From sequence record MN988561.1: 64,000 bases of DNA; one strand, given 5' to 3'. Under the pieces are notes generated by a model. The model ran no database searches, was not told the DNA's origin, and saw only the letters and a program-made list of their open reading frames with translations. The position numbers and the translations under genes are program-made. Positions 46,016-55,646 of this stretch are shown here, in pieces; positions within the stretch are counted from its first letter, which is position 1; each line of letters starts with the position of its first letter.

Positions 46016-46363
46016 CTACGATGAAACTCCTGGCACTAGCGAGAAGTAGATATTCTCAAGCGTTGATACACTTGGATAACGGATAACTGTACCTGTAACA
46101 ATATCCTCAGGATCTACAATATCGTTGTAGAGCATGAGGATCCACCAATACTGAGAATAACCTAGACCATAGATCTTCTCAGAAATCAGGTCAGGACGAC
46201 CGTCCTCACTCGTGACAGTGAAGACACCATATTTACCGATAGTTCTCAGTTTATCCATAAATGTCGAATCAAGGATATCGTACATGTCCTCTGAATAAGG
46301 CATAAACTTTGCTTGATCGTATCTATTGATAACATTAGCGTCGTAATTGATTTTGAATGCCAT
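46016..46363 (-). CDS. Baseplate wedge protein gp53-like (LysM-like)
   Basis: DGRPDLISEKIYG..YWWILMLYNDI.DP. Confidence 0.85.
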   Translation of the reverse strand: MAFKINYDANVINRYDQAKFMPYSEDMYDILDSTFMDKLRTIGKYGVFTVTSEDGRPDLISEKIYGLGYSQYWWILMLYNDIVDPEDIVTGTVIRYPSVSTLENIYFSLVPGVSS

Positions 46364-46372
46364 TTACGACTC

Positions 46373-47056
46373 CTAACGAATGTTGTCCAAGAACCATCCT
46401 TGTACTTCCTTCTTAGTAGGAAGTATTGCAGGTTGGAATTGGAGAGTTACCTTAGCATAAAGTGGTTTATTCGTACCCTTCACAGTCTCTTTCGAGAATA
46501 CTGTAGATACACTCATCAGTACGAGACGACTAGCTCTAAACCAATTGGCATATTGGATTGACCATGTCCCACGTAATGAATTTCTGAATGAGTCTTCTCC
46601 AACATTAGCATCAATATCTGGTGTCCATCCGTCCATACTAATATCAACAATCTTCGAGCTATATCCATAAGGTGCTTGAAGGAGTGGAAAGGAGTATTCA
46701 GGAGTAACACCACCATAGAGATATTTAATATCGTCAAAGATATTAACATTTCTATTGTAAGTGATGAGAGTGATAGGGATTACGAACGTCGGTTTACTTG
46801 AACCATTCCATCTCGATAGTGTCTGCTGGAGTGACTTAACAACTCTCTGAGTCATACCGAATGGATTGGTAGCTGCATTTAAGAATTTACTGGCTGCTTC
46901 ACCTAGACTGGCTGAGTCTGCATCGCTGAATTCACTAGTAATGTCGAAGCCAAAATCGGCTTCGACAAGTGCAGTGATGGCTCTACCTGGACCAGCAATC
47001 ATAACTGTAGCATTTCCATTTTTCTTAAGAGATTCTACATAGAGAGATTTTGTCAT
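46373..47056 (-). CDS. Tail tube initiator/baseplate-tube junction (gp48/54-like)
   Basis: Position after the tape measure; tube-fold-like pattern. Confidence 0.5.
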   Translation of the reverse strand: MTKSLYVESLKKNGNATVMIAGPGRAITALVEADFGFDITSEFSDADSASLGEAASKFLNAATNPFGMTQRVVKSLQQTLSRWNGSSKPTFVIPITLITYNRNVNIFDDIKYLYGGVTPEYSFPLLQAPYGYSSKIVDISMDGWTPDIDANVGEDSFRNSLRGTWSIQYANWFRASRLVLMSVSTVFSKETVKGTNKPLYAKVTLQFQPAILPTKKEVQGWFLDNIR

Positions 47057-50000
47057 CCTAGAAACATCTGTTGGAACATAGATATACCAAGATCGTCGAT
47101 AGAGTTCTTCGTGTCCTTAGCAGTGGATGTATTCATAGCAGTCTGAAGACTAGCTGGAGCAGCTGCAGCAGGAGCTTGAGATATATTTGGTGCAACAGTA
47201 GGTGGTTGTATTCTGTTGACGTTAGGCATATCCATCTGAGGGACAACTGTAGTTCTCACTTTTCTAGGATCTGTACCCTGAGGAGTGAAATTAGGTCCGT
47301 TCAGATAAGCATCTGCTTCAGCATCAGTATACTTGTACTCAGGATTGACTCCTGCAAGACCTTGATCAATAAGTCTCTGAGACTCCTTCGATACAATAGG
47401 TCCACCTTCGTTATTGTAATTCCAGAATTTAGCACGATCGGTATGTTTATCCATATGGATACCACCACCGCTCATCTGCATTCCTACTCCACCATAACCT
47501 GAAGCAATATATCCTTGACTTACTCTTGCATATTCTTCTTGAGAGATCTGCTTGCCATCAGGTCCGATAATCTTAAGGTCTGCAGCACCTCCATGGTCGT
47601 GACGAGTTGATCCTGTACGAGGACCTCCTTCTTCCTTACCATTTTGACCGCCACTATATACCTCTACACGGTATCCTGGACCTAGAGTCTTGTAAACACT
47701 TCTGGCAATATTTCTCTTCAGATCAGGTTCAATACCTTGCTTACGAATACCAGCTGTCTGACCTTGATTCTCTGAAACAATCTTATCTACACCTGCTGAT
47801 CCTTGACCTGGACCAAAGTTAGGCATCATAAGGGACATTCCAGATCCAGGACTTGCACCTAATAAATTGAAATTAGGCTTACCAGAAGCTTGAGTATCGT
47901 TAAGATACTGGCTACGTTTACCTATTTCACCTGAAGGATTCTGAGGTCTCTCAAACCCACTAATATGTGCAGACATTGCCTCTGCAGCAGTTGTGGCAGA
48001 CATGATCTTAGCATTGGCTCTAGATTCAGATCCTAACATCTCTTGACGATAGTACTGTTGTTGAACACCAACGTCAGTCCAATCTTTTCCTTGAGATGCA
48101 GCGAACTTCTTCAGATCAGTGAATCTCGTAGATCCATTTCTGGAACTATCGTGCCACTGAGCAGTACCACCTGATTCACCGTCAACGTCATTAGCATTGT
48201 AAGCAGCAGAATTCAGACCAGATCCACTCTCGCCTCTCATCGAAGCGATTTCACCTCTAGCTTGTTCAGGAGTTCTTCCTAGTCCACCTTGAGATACTGG
48301 TTTGGTTAAGAAATCATACCAACTCTTAACGTTGTCATTAGCGCCTGATCCACTGATACCTGGTTTAGACAAGTCTTGAGCAGATGCTCCTAACATCTTG
48401 AAGTTACTACCAGATGATCCTGAGAATCCTGCAGATTGAGGCATATTGCTATTGGAGAAACTCCCTTTACCATCTCCTAAGAATCCGGAGTTGAATAAGT
48501 TAGCTCTCTGTCTTTCAGCAGCAATCTGTTGAGGAGTCTTAGCTGAACGACCTGATCTTCTTGATCGACCTGATCCTCCACCACCTCCAGATCCTGTCGA
48601 ACTTGATCCTCCTAATCCAGGAAGACCATCTGCAGGATTATAACTGATTCCTGATGCAGATACACCTGCTCCAGGATAATTAGGTAAACCTGAATTGAAA
48701 TTCAAGCGAGGATTAAGTTCTTTAGCTATCTTCTTAGCTAAGTCTTCTCTTTCCTTCTCTCTTTCTCTATTCAATTGACTTTCAGATTTACGAGAATCTT
48801 CAAGTGACTTCTGACCGAGTCCGAGCCAGCTTCTAGGAGTACCTATATTGTCAAGGATCCATTTGTCCAGACCTTCAGCACTCTTACTGTTCTTCTCAAT
48901 AAACTTCTGAAGTTCTTTAGGGTCAGTAGGTATTTCATCTACAAGACTGTATGCTGTATAAGCTCCGATGAGTGGAACTGCTTTACCTAGGACCTTACCA
49001 AGTATAGAAGACGATCCTTTGAAGATACCTCCAACAGATCCTCCTTTACCTTTCAGCCATCCTAAGAGTCCACCTCCACCAGCTGCTCCTCCACCAATTC
49101 CGAGAGCATCCTTCCAATTCAATCCACTTCCGTCAGCAATACCTGCTAACATACCTAGTAGACCTTTGGATGCTTTCTTTTCACGAAGACTATCTGAGAT
49201 GTTGTCTCTATTAATAGCTTCACTGATTTCAGAGATAGACTTCTCTTCAAGACGAATCTGCGTCATTTGATTGTTGATCATCTTGGTCTGAGTAACCTCA
49301 GATTCTTTAAGTTGATCAATAACCGTCTTGTTAGACTTAGCTAGACTCTGAATTCCTGTCTTGATATCTTCAAGATTTTCAGAGTCATCTTCTTGACGTT
49401 TCTCATCTGCAACACTAGACTCTTTATCTACACTTGCAAACTTATTCAGATAGTCCTTCTTAGAATATCTGCCACGGAGCTTACCTAGTCCGACTTTAGT
49501 GACACCAGATAATCGATCGGATATTCCAAGAATATCATCAATACCGTGAAGTCCTAGTGAACCAAAACCTACTCCGTAGATATCCTTAATGAGATCGTCA
49601 GGATTGAATCGACCTGGATTTTTCAGGAATGCATCTTTAAATTTCTCGCTACCGACTCTTCGATTATCGAGATTGATACGTTCTCTGTGAGAGTAGAGTG
49701 ACAGGTCAGAGGATCTTTTCAGATCCATGACACTGATCTTCTTTGATTGCTGTTCTAATTTCTTGATAGCTGCATCAAGATTTTGATTAGAGCGATCTTG
49801 ATCATATATACTATATGATCCTGAGACTCCACTTTTGGATAGAACTTCAGCATCCTTAACGAGATCTGCTACACGTGATCGTAACTTACGAATAGAGATA
49901 GCGTCTGAACGATCGAGATCTCTTTTATGCTTATAGATCTTCTCGTTCAGACGAGCTAGTTCATTGAAGTCAGATTGACTTAATCTACGATTAGTCTCAG

Positions 50001-50145
50001 CGTCGAATTTACGAAGATTATTCATCGTCATCTTAAATTCGACGAGTTCTTCTTCGACCTCAAGTCTCAGTTTTCTGAGTTCTTTATCTGAGATTTTAGA
50101 TCCATTATCTTTGTCGGGATGAGATCCCTCGCGGGTCGTTACCAT
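47053..50145 (-). CDS. Tape-measure-like protein with tail lysozyme and M15-like peptidase domains
   Basis: Helical N-half; GES..N...G.AQW...R...FERP lysozyme-like; RHDHGGAAD...IHMD peptidase-like. Confidence 0.75.
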   Translation of the reverse strand: MVTTREGSHPDKDNGSKISDKELRKLRLEVEEELVEFKMTMNNLRKFDAETNRRLSQSDFNELARLNEKIYKHKRDLDRSDAISIRKLRSRVADLVKDAEVLSKSGVSGSYSIYDQDRSNQNLDAAIKKLEQQSKKISVMDLKRSSDLSLYSHRERINLDNRRVGSEKFKDAFLKNPGRFNPDDLIKDIYGVGFGSLGLHGIDDILGISDRLSGVTKVGLGKLRGRYSKKDYLNKFASVDKESSVADEKRQEDDSENLEDIKTGIQSLAKSNKTVIDQLKESEVTQTKMINNQMTQIRLEEKSISEISEAINRDNISDSLREKKASKGLLGMLAGIADGSGLNWKDALGIGGGAAGGGGLLGWLKGKGGSVGGIFKGSSSILGKVLGKAVPLIGAYTAYSLVDEIPTDPKELQKFIEKNSKSAEGLDKWILDNIGTPRSWLGLGQKSLEDSRKSESQLNREREKEREDLAKKIAKELNPRLNFNSGLPNYPGAGVSASGISYNPADGLPGLGGSSSTGSGGGGGSGRSRRSGRSAKTPQQIAAERQRANLFNSGFLGDGKGSFSNSNMPQSAGFSGSSGSNFKMLGASAQDLSKPGISGSGANDNVKSWYDFLTKPVSQGGLGRTPEQARGEIASMRGESGSGLNSAAYNANDVDGESGGTAQWHDSSRNGSTRFTDLKKFAASQGKDWTDVGVQQQYYRQEMLGSESRANAKIMSATTAAEAMSAHISGFERPQNPSGEIGKRSQYLNDTQASGKPNFNLLGASPGSGMSLMMPNFGPGQGSAGVDKIVSENQGQTAGIRKQGIEPDLKRNIARSVYKTLGPGYRVEVYSGGQNGKEEGGPRTGSTRHDHGGAADLKIIGPDGKQISQEEYARVSQGYIASGYGGVGMQMSGGGIHMDKHTDRAKFWNYNNEGGPIVSKESQRLIDQGLAGVNPEYKYTDAEADAYLNGPNFTPQGTDPRKVRTTVVPQMDMPNVNRIQPPTVAPNISQAPAAAAPASLQTAMNTSTAKDTKNSIDDLGISMFQQMFLG

Positions 50146-50288
50146 TCTTCATCTCCTCTTGGAGTCTCTCGTAGATGTAGGTAGCTTCCACATAGTCAAG
50201 GGATTTCAGACTCATAGGATCAGCGTTCAGGTAGAATGCCAAACCGAACGACATTTCTAACAGACTCTGCGGATTGACGAAAGGGAAA
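50105..50288 (-). CDS. +1 frame extension of the tail assembly chaperone (G/GT-type product)
   Basis: TTT CCC TTT C site, then 60 open codons LLEMSFGLAFYLNAD...YIYERLQEEMK; not in the ORF track. Confidence 0.6.
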
Positions 50289-51005
50289 TATCAAATCATT
50301 GATATCCTCCATCGCCAAATGGTTATCCGCACCACAATGACTACATTTAGTTTCGATTGATTGTCTGCCAAGATACATCATCTTGTCTACGTAATTGAGC
50401 ATATCAAGAAGATCGCCTGTAGCGTTCTCGATAATGCCCTTTGCTGTACTATAAGGCAGGTTACTTACAGATCTCGCGAAAATCTCGAGACCTTTATCCT
50501 CGTCTTCATCTTCATCAAAGTCGATCTTTAGATAGTTACCGACTGAGAGTGGCATAATGTGTAAATCAATGTCATCTCCGACAGGGATCACAGCAGGTAG
50601 TGCTGGAACTTGAATATCGGAGAATTCAATATTTGACAATTCATGTGTTTGAGAATTTGATTCTTCGCACGAATTGCATCTAAATCTGCTGGTAAACTTA
50701 GTATGGGAGAATGAAGAGATCTTTCTCAGAGATGAGACATAGAGAAAATCGTAATACGACAGATCGTTCTTATCGAATCCCTCTGTAGTAATGCCGTCCA
50801 GTACGAATAGGAATCGATCTCGTAAGCTCAATTTGGATGAGCTGAACTTCTGAAGTTCACCGTAAGTGAATGGAACATACTTAACGGTCGAGCCCTTCGG
50901 GTATGGAAGGAACTTGGATGGCAGATCTCTTACTTGAATAATAGGTAGATGTGACTTATCAGATGCTGCTTTAGTTAAGTCAGCTAAATTGTCTATGACT
51001 TTCAT
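50220..51005 (-). CDS. Tail/baseplate hub assembly chaperone (gp26/gp51-like)
   Basis: CNSC and CSHC zinc pairs; immediately upstream of the tape measure. Confidence 0.75.
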   Translation of the reverse strand: MKVIDNLADLTKAASDKSHLPIIQVRDLPSKFLPYPKGSTVKYVPFTYGELQKFSSSKLSLRDRFLFVLDGITTEGFDKNDLSYYDFLYVSSLRKISSFSHTKFTSRFRCNSCEESNSQTHELSNIEFSDIQVPALPAVIPVGDDIDLHIMPLSVGNYLKIDFDEDEDEDKGLEIFARSVSNLPYSTAKGIIENATGDLLDMLNYVDKMMYLGRQSIETKCSHCGADNHLAMEDINDLIFPFRQSAESVRNVVRFGILPER

Positions 51006-51030
51006 TTCTGTTTATCCTCTAGAAATAGCG

Positions 51031-51516
51031 TTAGCTATCTTGATGCCCTACAACGTTGAATGCAACAGAGTAGAGCTTTAAATCTGCTTGTGAGTTCAAA
51101 GATTCCTGAACATTACCATCTGGGTAAGCAAAGTATGTAGTTGACTTAATGATATTCTTCTTAGTATCCAACTTACACACGATAATCTCTCTGGCAGCAT
51201 CGTCAATGCACATAACGCCATCAGAGTCGTCGTAGATTTCATCGTGCCATGCTTGTAACCATGTTGATAATGATTTCTTAACATTATCTGCAAATGTCAT
51301 CTGAAGTTCAGGAGTCGAACTATTTTGAGGAAACTTGTACTGCTTGAGAAAGAATGGAGTAGTGAATGAAGAACTAAAGATTCTATTCTCAGTAATATCA
51401 ACTGCAGGAAACCATGCGTTGAAAGGTGATGGTGCAGAGGGAATACGAATATCCCAGAGGTTAGTCGTACCCCACTGCACTTCACGTAGTTGATCAATGG
51501 ACTTGAGGAATGGCAT
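51031..51516 (-). CDS. Tail tube-like protein (second tube paralog)
   Basis: Tube-fold pattern LQMTFAD...W..W...I...G; next to the tube gene. Confidence 0.65.
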   Translation of the reverse strand: MPFLKSIDQLREVQWGTTNLWDIRIPSAPSPFNAWFPAVDITENRIFSSSFTTPFFLKQYKFPQNSSTPELQMTFADNVKKSLSTWLQAWHDEIYDDSDGVMCIDDAAREIIVCKLDTKKNIIKSTTYFAYPDGNVQESLNSQADLKLYSVAFNVVGHQDS

Positions 51517-51548
51517 TGGATAATCTCCTTATGACATTCCTCGTCGCA

Positions 51549-52076
51549 TTATAGAGGAGTGTCTTCAAAGTAATCATACGAGATAGTGAGCGTAGGCTTC
51601 AGGATGTCCGCAGACTGACCCTGTAGCTGACCACCAGCATCGTAGTCTTCGAGATAACAACCTAGTAGGTTGTACTCCCAGATGGGAACGTCTCTACGGT
51701 TGAGACGTTCGATCTTAATCATGCATTCAACCTGAGATTTCTCTTGCTGAACACCTGTCTTCGTTTCAGAGCAGATTTCTCTCCAGTTACGAATGAACGT
51801 AGAGATCTTGTTGTCGACCGATTCGTTCATTGTAAGAGTAATCGTACCAGAAGGTAGATAGAGACCTGGCTGCTTAACGCGATGACCTCGGATCATGATT
51901 TCAGTTGATGTACCAGTCGACTTAGGAATGTCGGTTGATTCACAACGTAAGTTCAGATCCTGAAAGGTTACAGTTCTAGCTAAAGCTCTCGGAAACGTGA
52001 CGAATGTCAAGTTCCAGTTAACTGTAGTAGCCCAGTCACCTACATTTCTAACATTTTCAATAGTTGGACGAGCCAT
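51549..52076 (-). CDS. Tail tube protein (gp19-like)
   Basis: LRCESTDIP, GTITLT..E.VD..I..F...WR, LTISYDYF. Confidence 0.85.
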   Translation of the reverse strand: MARPTIENVRNVGDWATTVNWNLTFVTFPRALARTVTFQDLNLRCESTDIPKSTGTSTEIMIRGHRVKQPGLYLPSGTITLTMNESVDNKISTFIRNWREICSETKTGVQQEKSQVECMIKIERLNRRDVPIWEYNLLGCYLEDYDAGGQLQGQSADILKPTLTISYDYFEDTPL

Positions 52077-52090
52077 CTTATATTATCTCC

Positions 52091-53920
52091 TTAAACTGCT
52101 GCCTGAGCAAGCTTAAATTCAGTACCCTTACGAGTAACGATAAGCGAGCATGGGATTTCTTCAACAGATTCAACAGGCTTAATAAAGACGTCAACAATTA
52201 GCTTGTGATTACTAATATCATCGTCGCTATTGTTATCGGTATCGCACTGTACTCTGTACTCATAGATACCTCTTCTCGAGACGTACGATTCGAGTGCAGC
52301 AGATACCATTGATCTGACGAGAGATCTTGTAGTATCGTCGTTGACTTCGAATAGGAATTCTTCGAGAGCTTCCTTGAGAGAAGGCTCGATTGAGATGAGA
52401 AGTAGTCTTGTATTGAGACGATCCAGAGTCGAAGGAGTAGCAAGAAGTGTCTTCTGCCCCCATACAACGATACCTCTACCAGGAGCGAATCTGAGAGGAT
52501 TGATACCGTTATCGTACAGGTAGTCCATCTCACCCTTGGTGAATCTGCGACGAACATCGATAACGTTTAGAACACCTCTACGGAAACCAGCAACTGGGAA
52601 CCATAGTTCATAGTTGTCTGCAGTTTCAGATACGAGACCTGCTACGAAACCGTCTGGAGAGACATAAAGATCACGGTCGTTGTAACGATCGTAAATCTTG
52701 ACGTGAGTCGTATAAATTGCAGCATATGATGAATTAGCATTCAGAGTGTAATTCTTGTATGCAACGATCTGATTCAGATAGTCACTATCATCTTCTGCAG
52801 AATAAGGTGTTGAGAGAATAGCTACACAATCCATTCTGGCTGTGCAGATATCAATCATTGCCTTATGATAGTTGACAGTAGCACGACCACCGTCAATCAG
52901 AAGAGTCATCGGATTGCTGTCAGGATTAGCTAGAGTCTGGAGAGCCAGAATACAATCACTGTCAGTTGCAGCAGAACCATCAGCACCACCTACAATTGCT
53001 AGTGCAACAGCTTGATCCTTGATCGCTCCAGTAACAGAGGGATTATCTACTGCTCTAATATAATTGGACGATGCTAGAACATCTTCCAGATAGATATTAT
53101 TGTTGTAGCCATCCTTGGTACCAGGAGTCTTCGAGCAGATGAAGGATTCAACATACGTATTCATATTGTCTTTCTTGAAGACCTGAATAGCGAATGTACC
53201 TGTCTGTCTTGTGAACTCAGTGGCTGGACGAATCGAGAAAGTACCACTACCTGCAGTTGTTAGTACGATTGCAGTACCAGCTACAGCTAGATCTGCAGAA
53301 GCAGCAAGCTTAATAGTGGTAGCAGATACTCTGATTGCAAAGTAGGTCGTAGCTGAATCAAGAGGAGCAGGAAGCGTTGCTGTAGAACTTAATCTAACAG
53401 GATATCCTGTACCCCAGTCTTGTGTTACTGTCCAGATACCTGTACCTTGAACAACTGTCGCAGTTTCAAGAGCTTTGTAATTAAAGATTTTGATACGTAG
53501 ATCGTTGTTCCATGCTCCAGGGTTAGAACCTACAATCGTGAACGATTCAGTGCTAAAAGAGTGAGCATCAACATCGACTTCACCAGCTGAGAATGAAGAG
53601 TTAGCCGTAGCATTAGATGCTGGCTCGACCTTCAGACCACCAGTCAACATGCCTGTAGTGCTAGGTCTAACTGTCCAGACTTTATTACTCTTCTGGAGAG
53701 CAGCTAGAACTGAATAGTGAGCATTGTCAAAACCTACTCCAACAGTCTCGTTAGGAGTAAACGTCTTTAGAAATTGAGTATCAGAAGTACTTAGGACTGC
53801 CTTATTAACAGGACCCTTCTTAGCTCCAGGAACAACTACACCGATGTACAGTCCAGGGAAACTAGGAACTCTAGTACTTATATCAATTTCTTTAATTTGT
53901 GCATAAGGAGCTGCCATCAT
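52091..53920 (-). CDS. Contractile tail sheath protein (gp18-like)
   Basis: KGPVNKAVL, WFPVAGFRRG, GINP, WGQKTL, RLNTRLLL, FEVND. Confidence 0.93.
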   Translation of the reverse strand: MMAAPYAQIKEIDISTRVPSFPGLYIGVVVPGAKKGPVNKAVLSTSDTQFLKTFTPNETVGVGFDNAHYSVLAALQKSNKVWTVRPSTTGMLTGGLKVEPASNATANSSFSAGEVDVDAHSFSTESFTIVGSNPGAWNNDLRIKIFNYKALETATVVQGTGIWTVTQDWGTGYPVRLSSTATLPAPLDSATTYFAIRVSATTIKLAASADLAVAGTAIVLTTAGSGTFSIRPATEFTRQTGTFAIQVFKKDNMNTYVESFICSKTPGTKDGYNNNIYLEDVLASSNYIRAVDNPSVTGAIKDQAVALAIVGGADGSAATDSDCILALQTLANPDSNPMTLLIDGGRATVNYHKAMIDICTARMDCVAILSTPYSAEDDSDYLNQIVAYKNYTLNANSSYAAIYTTHVKIYDRYNDRDLYVSPDGFVAGLVSETADNYELWFPVAGFRRGVLNVIDVRRRFTKGEMDYLYDNGINPLRFAPGRGIVVWGQKTLLATPSTLDRLNTRLLLISIEPSLKEALEEFLFEVNDDTTRSLVRSMVSAALESYVSRRGIYEYRVQCDTDNNSDDDISNHKLIVDVFIKPVESVEEIPCSLIVTRKGTEFKLAQAAV

Positions 53921-53937
53921 TATCTCCGTTGGTATAC

Positions 53938-54369
53938 TTAGAAGCGTACGAAGCTAATGGCGCTAGGTAGCTCTTCTTCAATCAACTCTTCGGTCAAATC
54001 TAAGGCATTCCCTCTTGCAGGAATGAAAATATTAGTAGAGTCGTACTTAAGTGTAATAGGGTAGTCTGCTCTAGAATAGAGGTTGATCTTAGTCNNNNNN
54101 NNNNNNNNNNNNNCAAAGTTAGCAGGGATACCTGTAGGATAGACTCTAGAAATCCAGGAAGGCTTCTCGTCGGGAGGGAATACATAAGGCGTAGAAGGAA
54201 TATAACGATATAACTTCTTCGTAATAGGCTTATGCTTTTCGTAATACTTTAGACTACGCTTTACAATAAGCCAGAATCTATTCATATCGAAGTTGATAAG
54301 ACTGATATCACCGACGATGAATTGTCCTGTTTCAAGTAACATATAGTCAATTATCTCGGTGAGTTTCAT
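53938..54369 (-). CDS. Neck/head-completion protein (gp13-like), gap inside
   Basis: IIDY.L...G N-terminus; position between head and sheath genes. Confidence 0.5.
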   Translation of the reverse strand: MKLTEIIDYMLLETGQFIVGDISLINFDMNRFWLIVKRSLKYYEKHKPITKKLYRYIPSTPYVFPPDEKPSWISRVYPTGIPANFXXXXXXXTKINLYSRADYPITLKYDSTNIFIPARGNALDLTEELIEEELPSAISFVRF

Positions 54370-54371
54370 TA

Positions 54372-54689
54372 TCAGTCATCCTCGTCGTCTGAATCAACTT
54401 CTTCAGTGTAGGATACGCCAGCATCATCGAGCTTAGACTTCAGAGTTTCATAGAAGCTCTGAGCATCTTCAACACTCATCTTGACAACGCAGTCATAGAT
54501 TCCAAGTTCTCCTGTATCGTCAACAGAAGCTAGCTGATCAGCTACCCAGTCTTCAATCTCTTCAGGAGCATCTTCCATTGAATCAACAATATTCTCGCAT
54601 GCGATAGCGATCGCATCCAGTGTATCTTCATCATCTTCAACGATGGCATTAGGATACACCTTGTTAAGTAGTTCACTAGAACGCGACAT
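54372..54689 (-). CDS. Highly acidic small protein with MSRS motif (prohead core/internal protein candidate)
   Basis: MSRSSELLNKVYPNAIVE then Asp/Glu-rich sequence. Confidence 0.65.
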   Translation of the reverse strand: MSRSSELLNKVYPNAIVEDDEDTLDAIAIACENIVDSMEDAPEEIEDWVADQLASVDDTGELGIYDCVVKMSVEDAQSFYETLKSKLDDAGVSYTEEVDSDDEDD

Positions 54690-54701
54690 TCTAATCTCCA
54701 A

Positions 54702-55208
54702 TTACTTCAAAATCTTCATCTGAACAAGTCTGCCTGTAAGCGTCATAAGATGCTTACACATACCAGGAGCATGTTCTTTATTACGTTCAGGGTAATTCGT
54801 AGTTTTACGTACGTATGGCTTCATTGGAGGACCTGACAATGTCTTGTTCTCCTTATTCCAGTATCCCCATGTATAATAAAAGTCGTCACAAGTACAACGT
54901 ACCTGAGCACGAGCTTTTCTCATATCAATCTGCTTAGCGAACTTATATTCACCATCACCTAAACTGACAGTCAATGGAAATTCAGCTGATTGCATATCTG
55001 AATACTGAACATCGAAGATCGTCATCGTCAACGAGTACAGCTTAGTGCTCTGAGCGAGAGCTTTGACAGACAGTGTCTTGTTATTGATGACAGGTGTCAT
55101 GTCGACGATCGAGACTTTTCTCTTATCGCCAGTAGCATGACCAAGTACGTCCTTACCTTTAGTCAACTCGAACAGAGTAGCTTGAATTTTAGGAGTCTTA
55201 TCTGCCAT
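54702..55208 (-). CDS. SWIM zinc-finger protein
   Basis: VRCTCDDF...GMCKHL. Confidence 0.75.
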   Translation of the reverse strand: MADKTPKIQATLFELTKGKDVLGHATGDKRKVSIVDMTPVINNKTLSVKALAQSTKLYSLTMTIFDVQYSDMQSAEFPLTVSLGDGEYKFAKQIDMRKARAQVRCTCDDFYYTWGYWNKENKTLSGPPMKPYVRKTTNYPERNKEHAPGMCKHLMTLTGRLVQMKILK

Positions 55209-55218
55209 CTACGAGACC

Positions 55219-55554
55219 TTACTTCTTGTTCTCAGCTGCTTTCTTAGCAGCTTCTTCGTCAGCTTTCTTCTTAGCTGCAGCTGCTTCATCGGCCTTCTTC
55301 TTAGATTCAGCAGCTAGTCTCTCTGCTTCTTCCTTAGCCTTCTTAGCATTAGCTGCTGCCTTCTCTACTTCTTCCTTGCTAGGCATAGGTTCAAGTACGA
55401 GATCGAAATCCTTGACATAATCCTGAAGCACTAGATATTCTTCATTAGAGATATTCTCCTTGGAAGTCTTAGACTCAAGATAGAATACAAGTCCGAGATC
55501 TGGACGATTGAAGAATAGTGCGCCTGCAGAATTATTAGTTAGTTTGTAAGCCAT
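55219..55554 (-). CDS. Small protein with Ala/Lys/Glu-rich repeat tail
   Basis: True start MAYKLTNN after GAGGA; KKKADEAAAAKKKADEEAAKK. Confidence 0.7.
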   Translation of the reverse strand: MAYKLTNNSAGALFFNRPDLGLVFYLESKTSKENISNEEYLVLQDYVKDFDLVLEPMPSKEEVEKAAANAKKAKEEAERLAAESKKKADEAAAAKKKADEEAAKKAAENKK

Positions 55555-55614
55555 AATAAATCCTCTATTTATATTCAGAATGAGTAGCGATCTACTTATT
55601 ATAAATATAAAGAA

Positions 55615-55640
55615 TGAGGTGGATCTTTCGACCCACCTCA
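55615..55640 (-). terminator. Terminator after the major capsid gene
   Basis: GAGGTGGGTC-GAAA-GATCCACCTC followed by ATTCTTT. Confidence 0.8.
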
Positions 55641-55646
55641 CTAAAA

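Noticed and set aside
55566-55573. T4 late promoter TATAAATA on the - strand
   Set aside because: It abuts the SD, so the transcript would lack an RBS, and it does not recur before other late genes that I checked.
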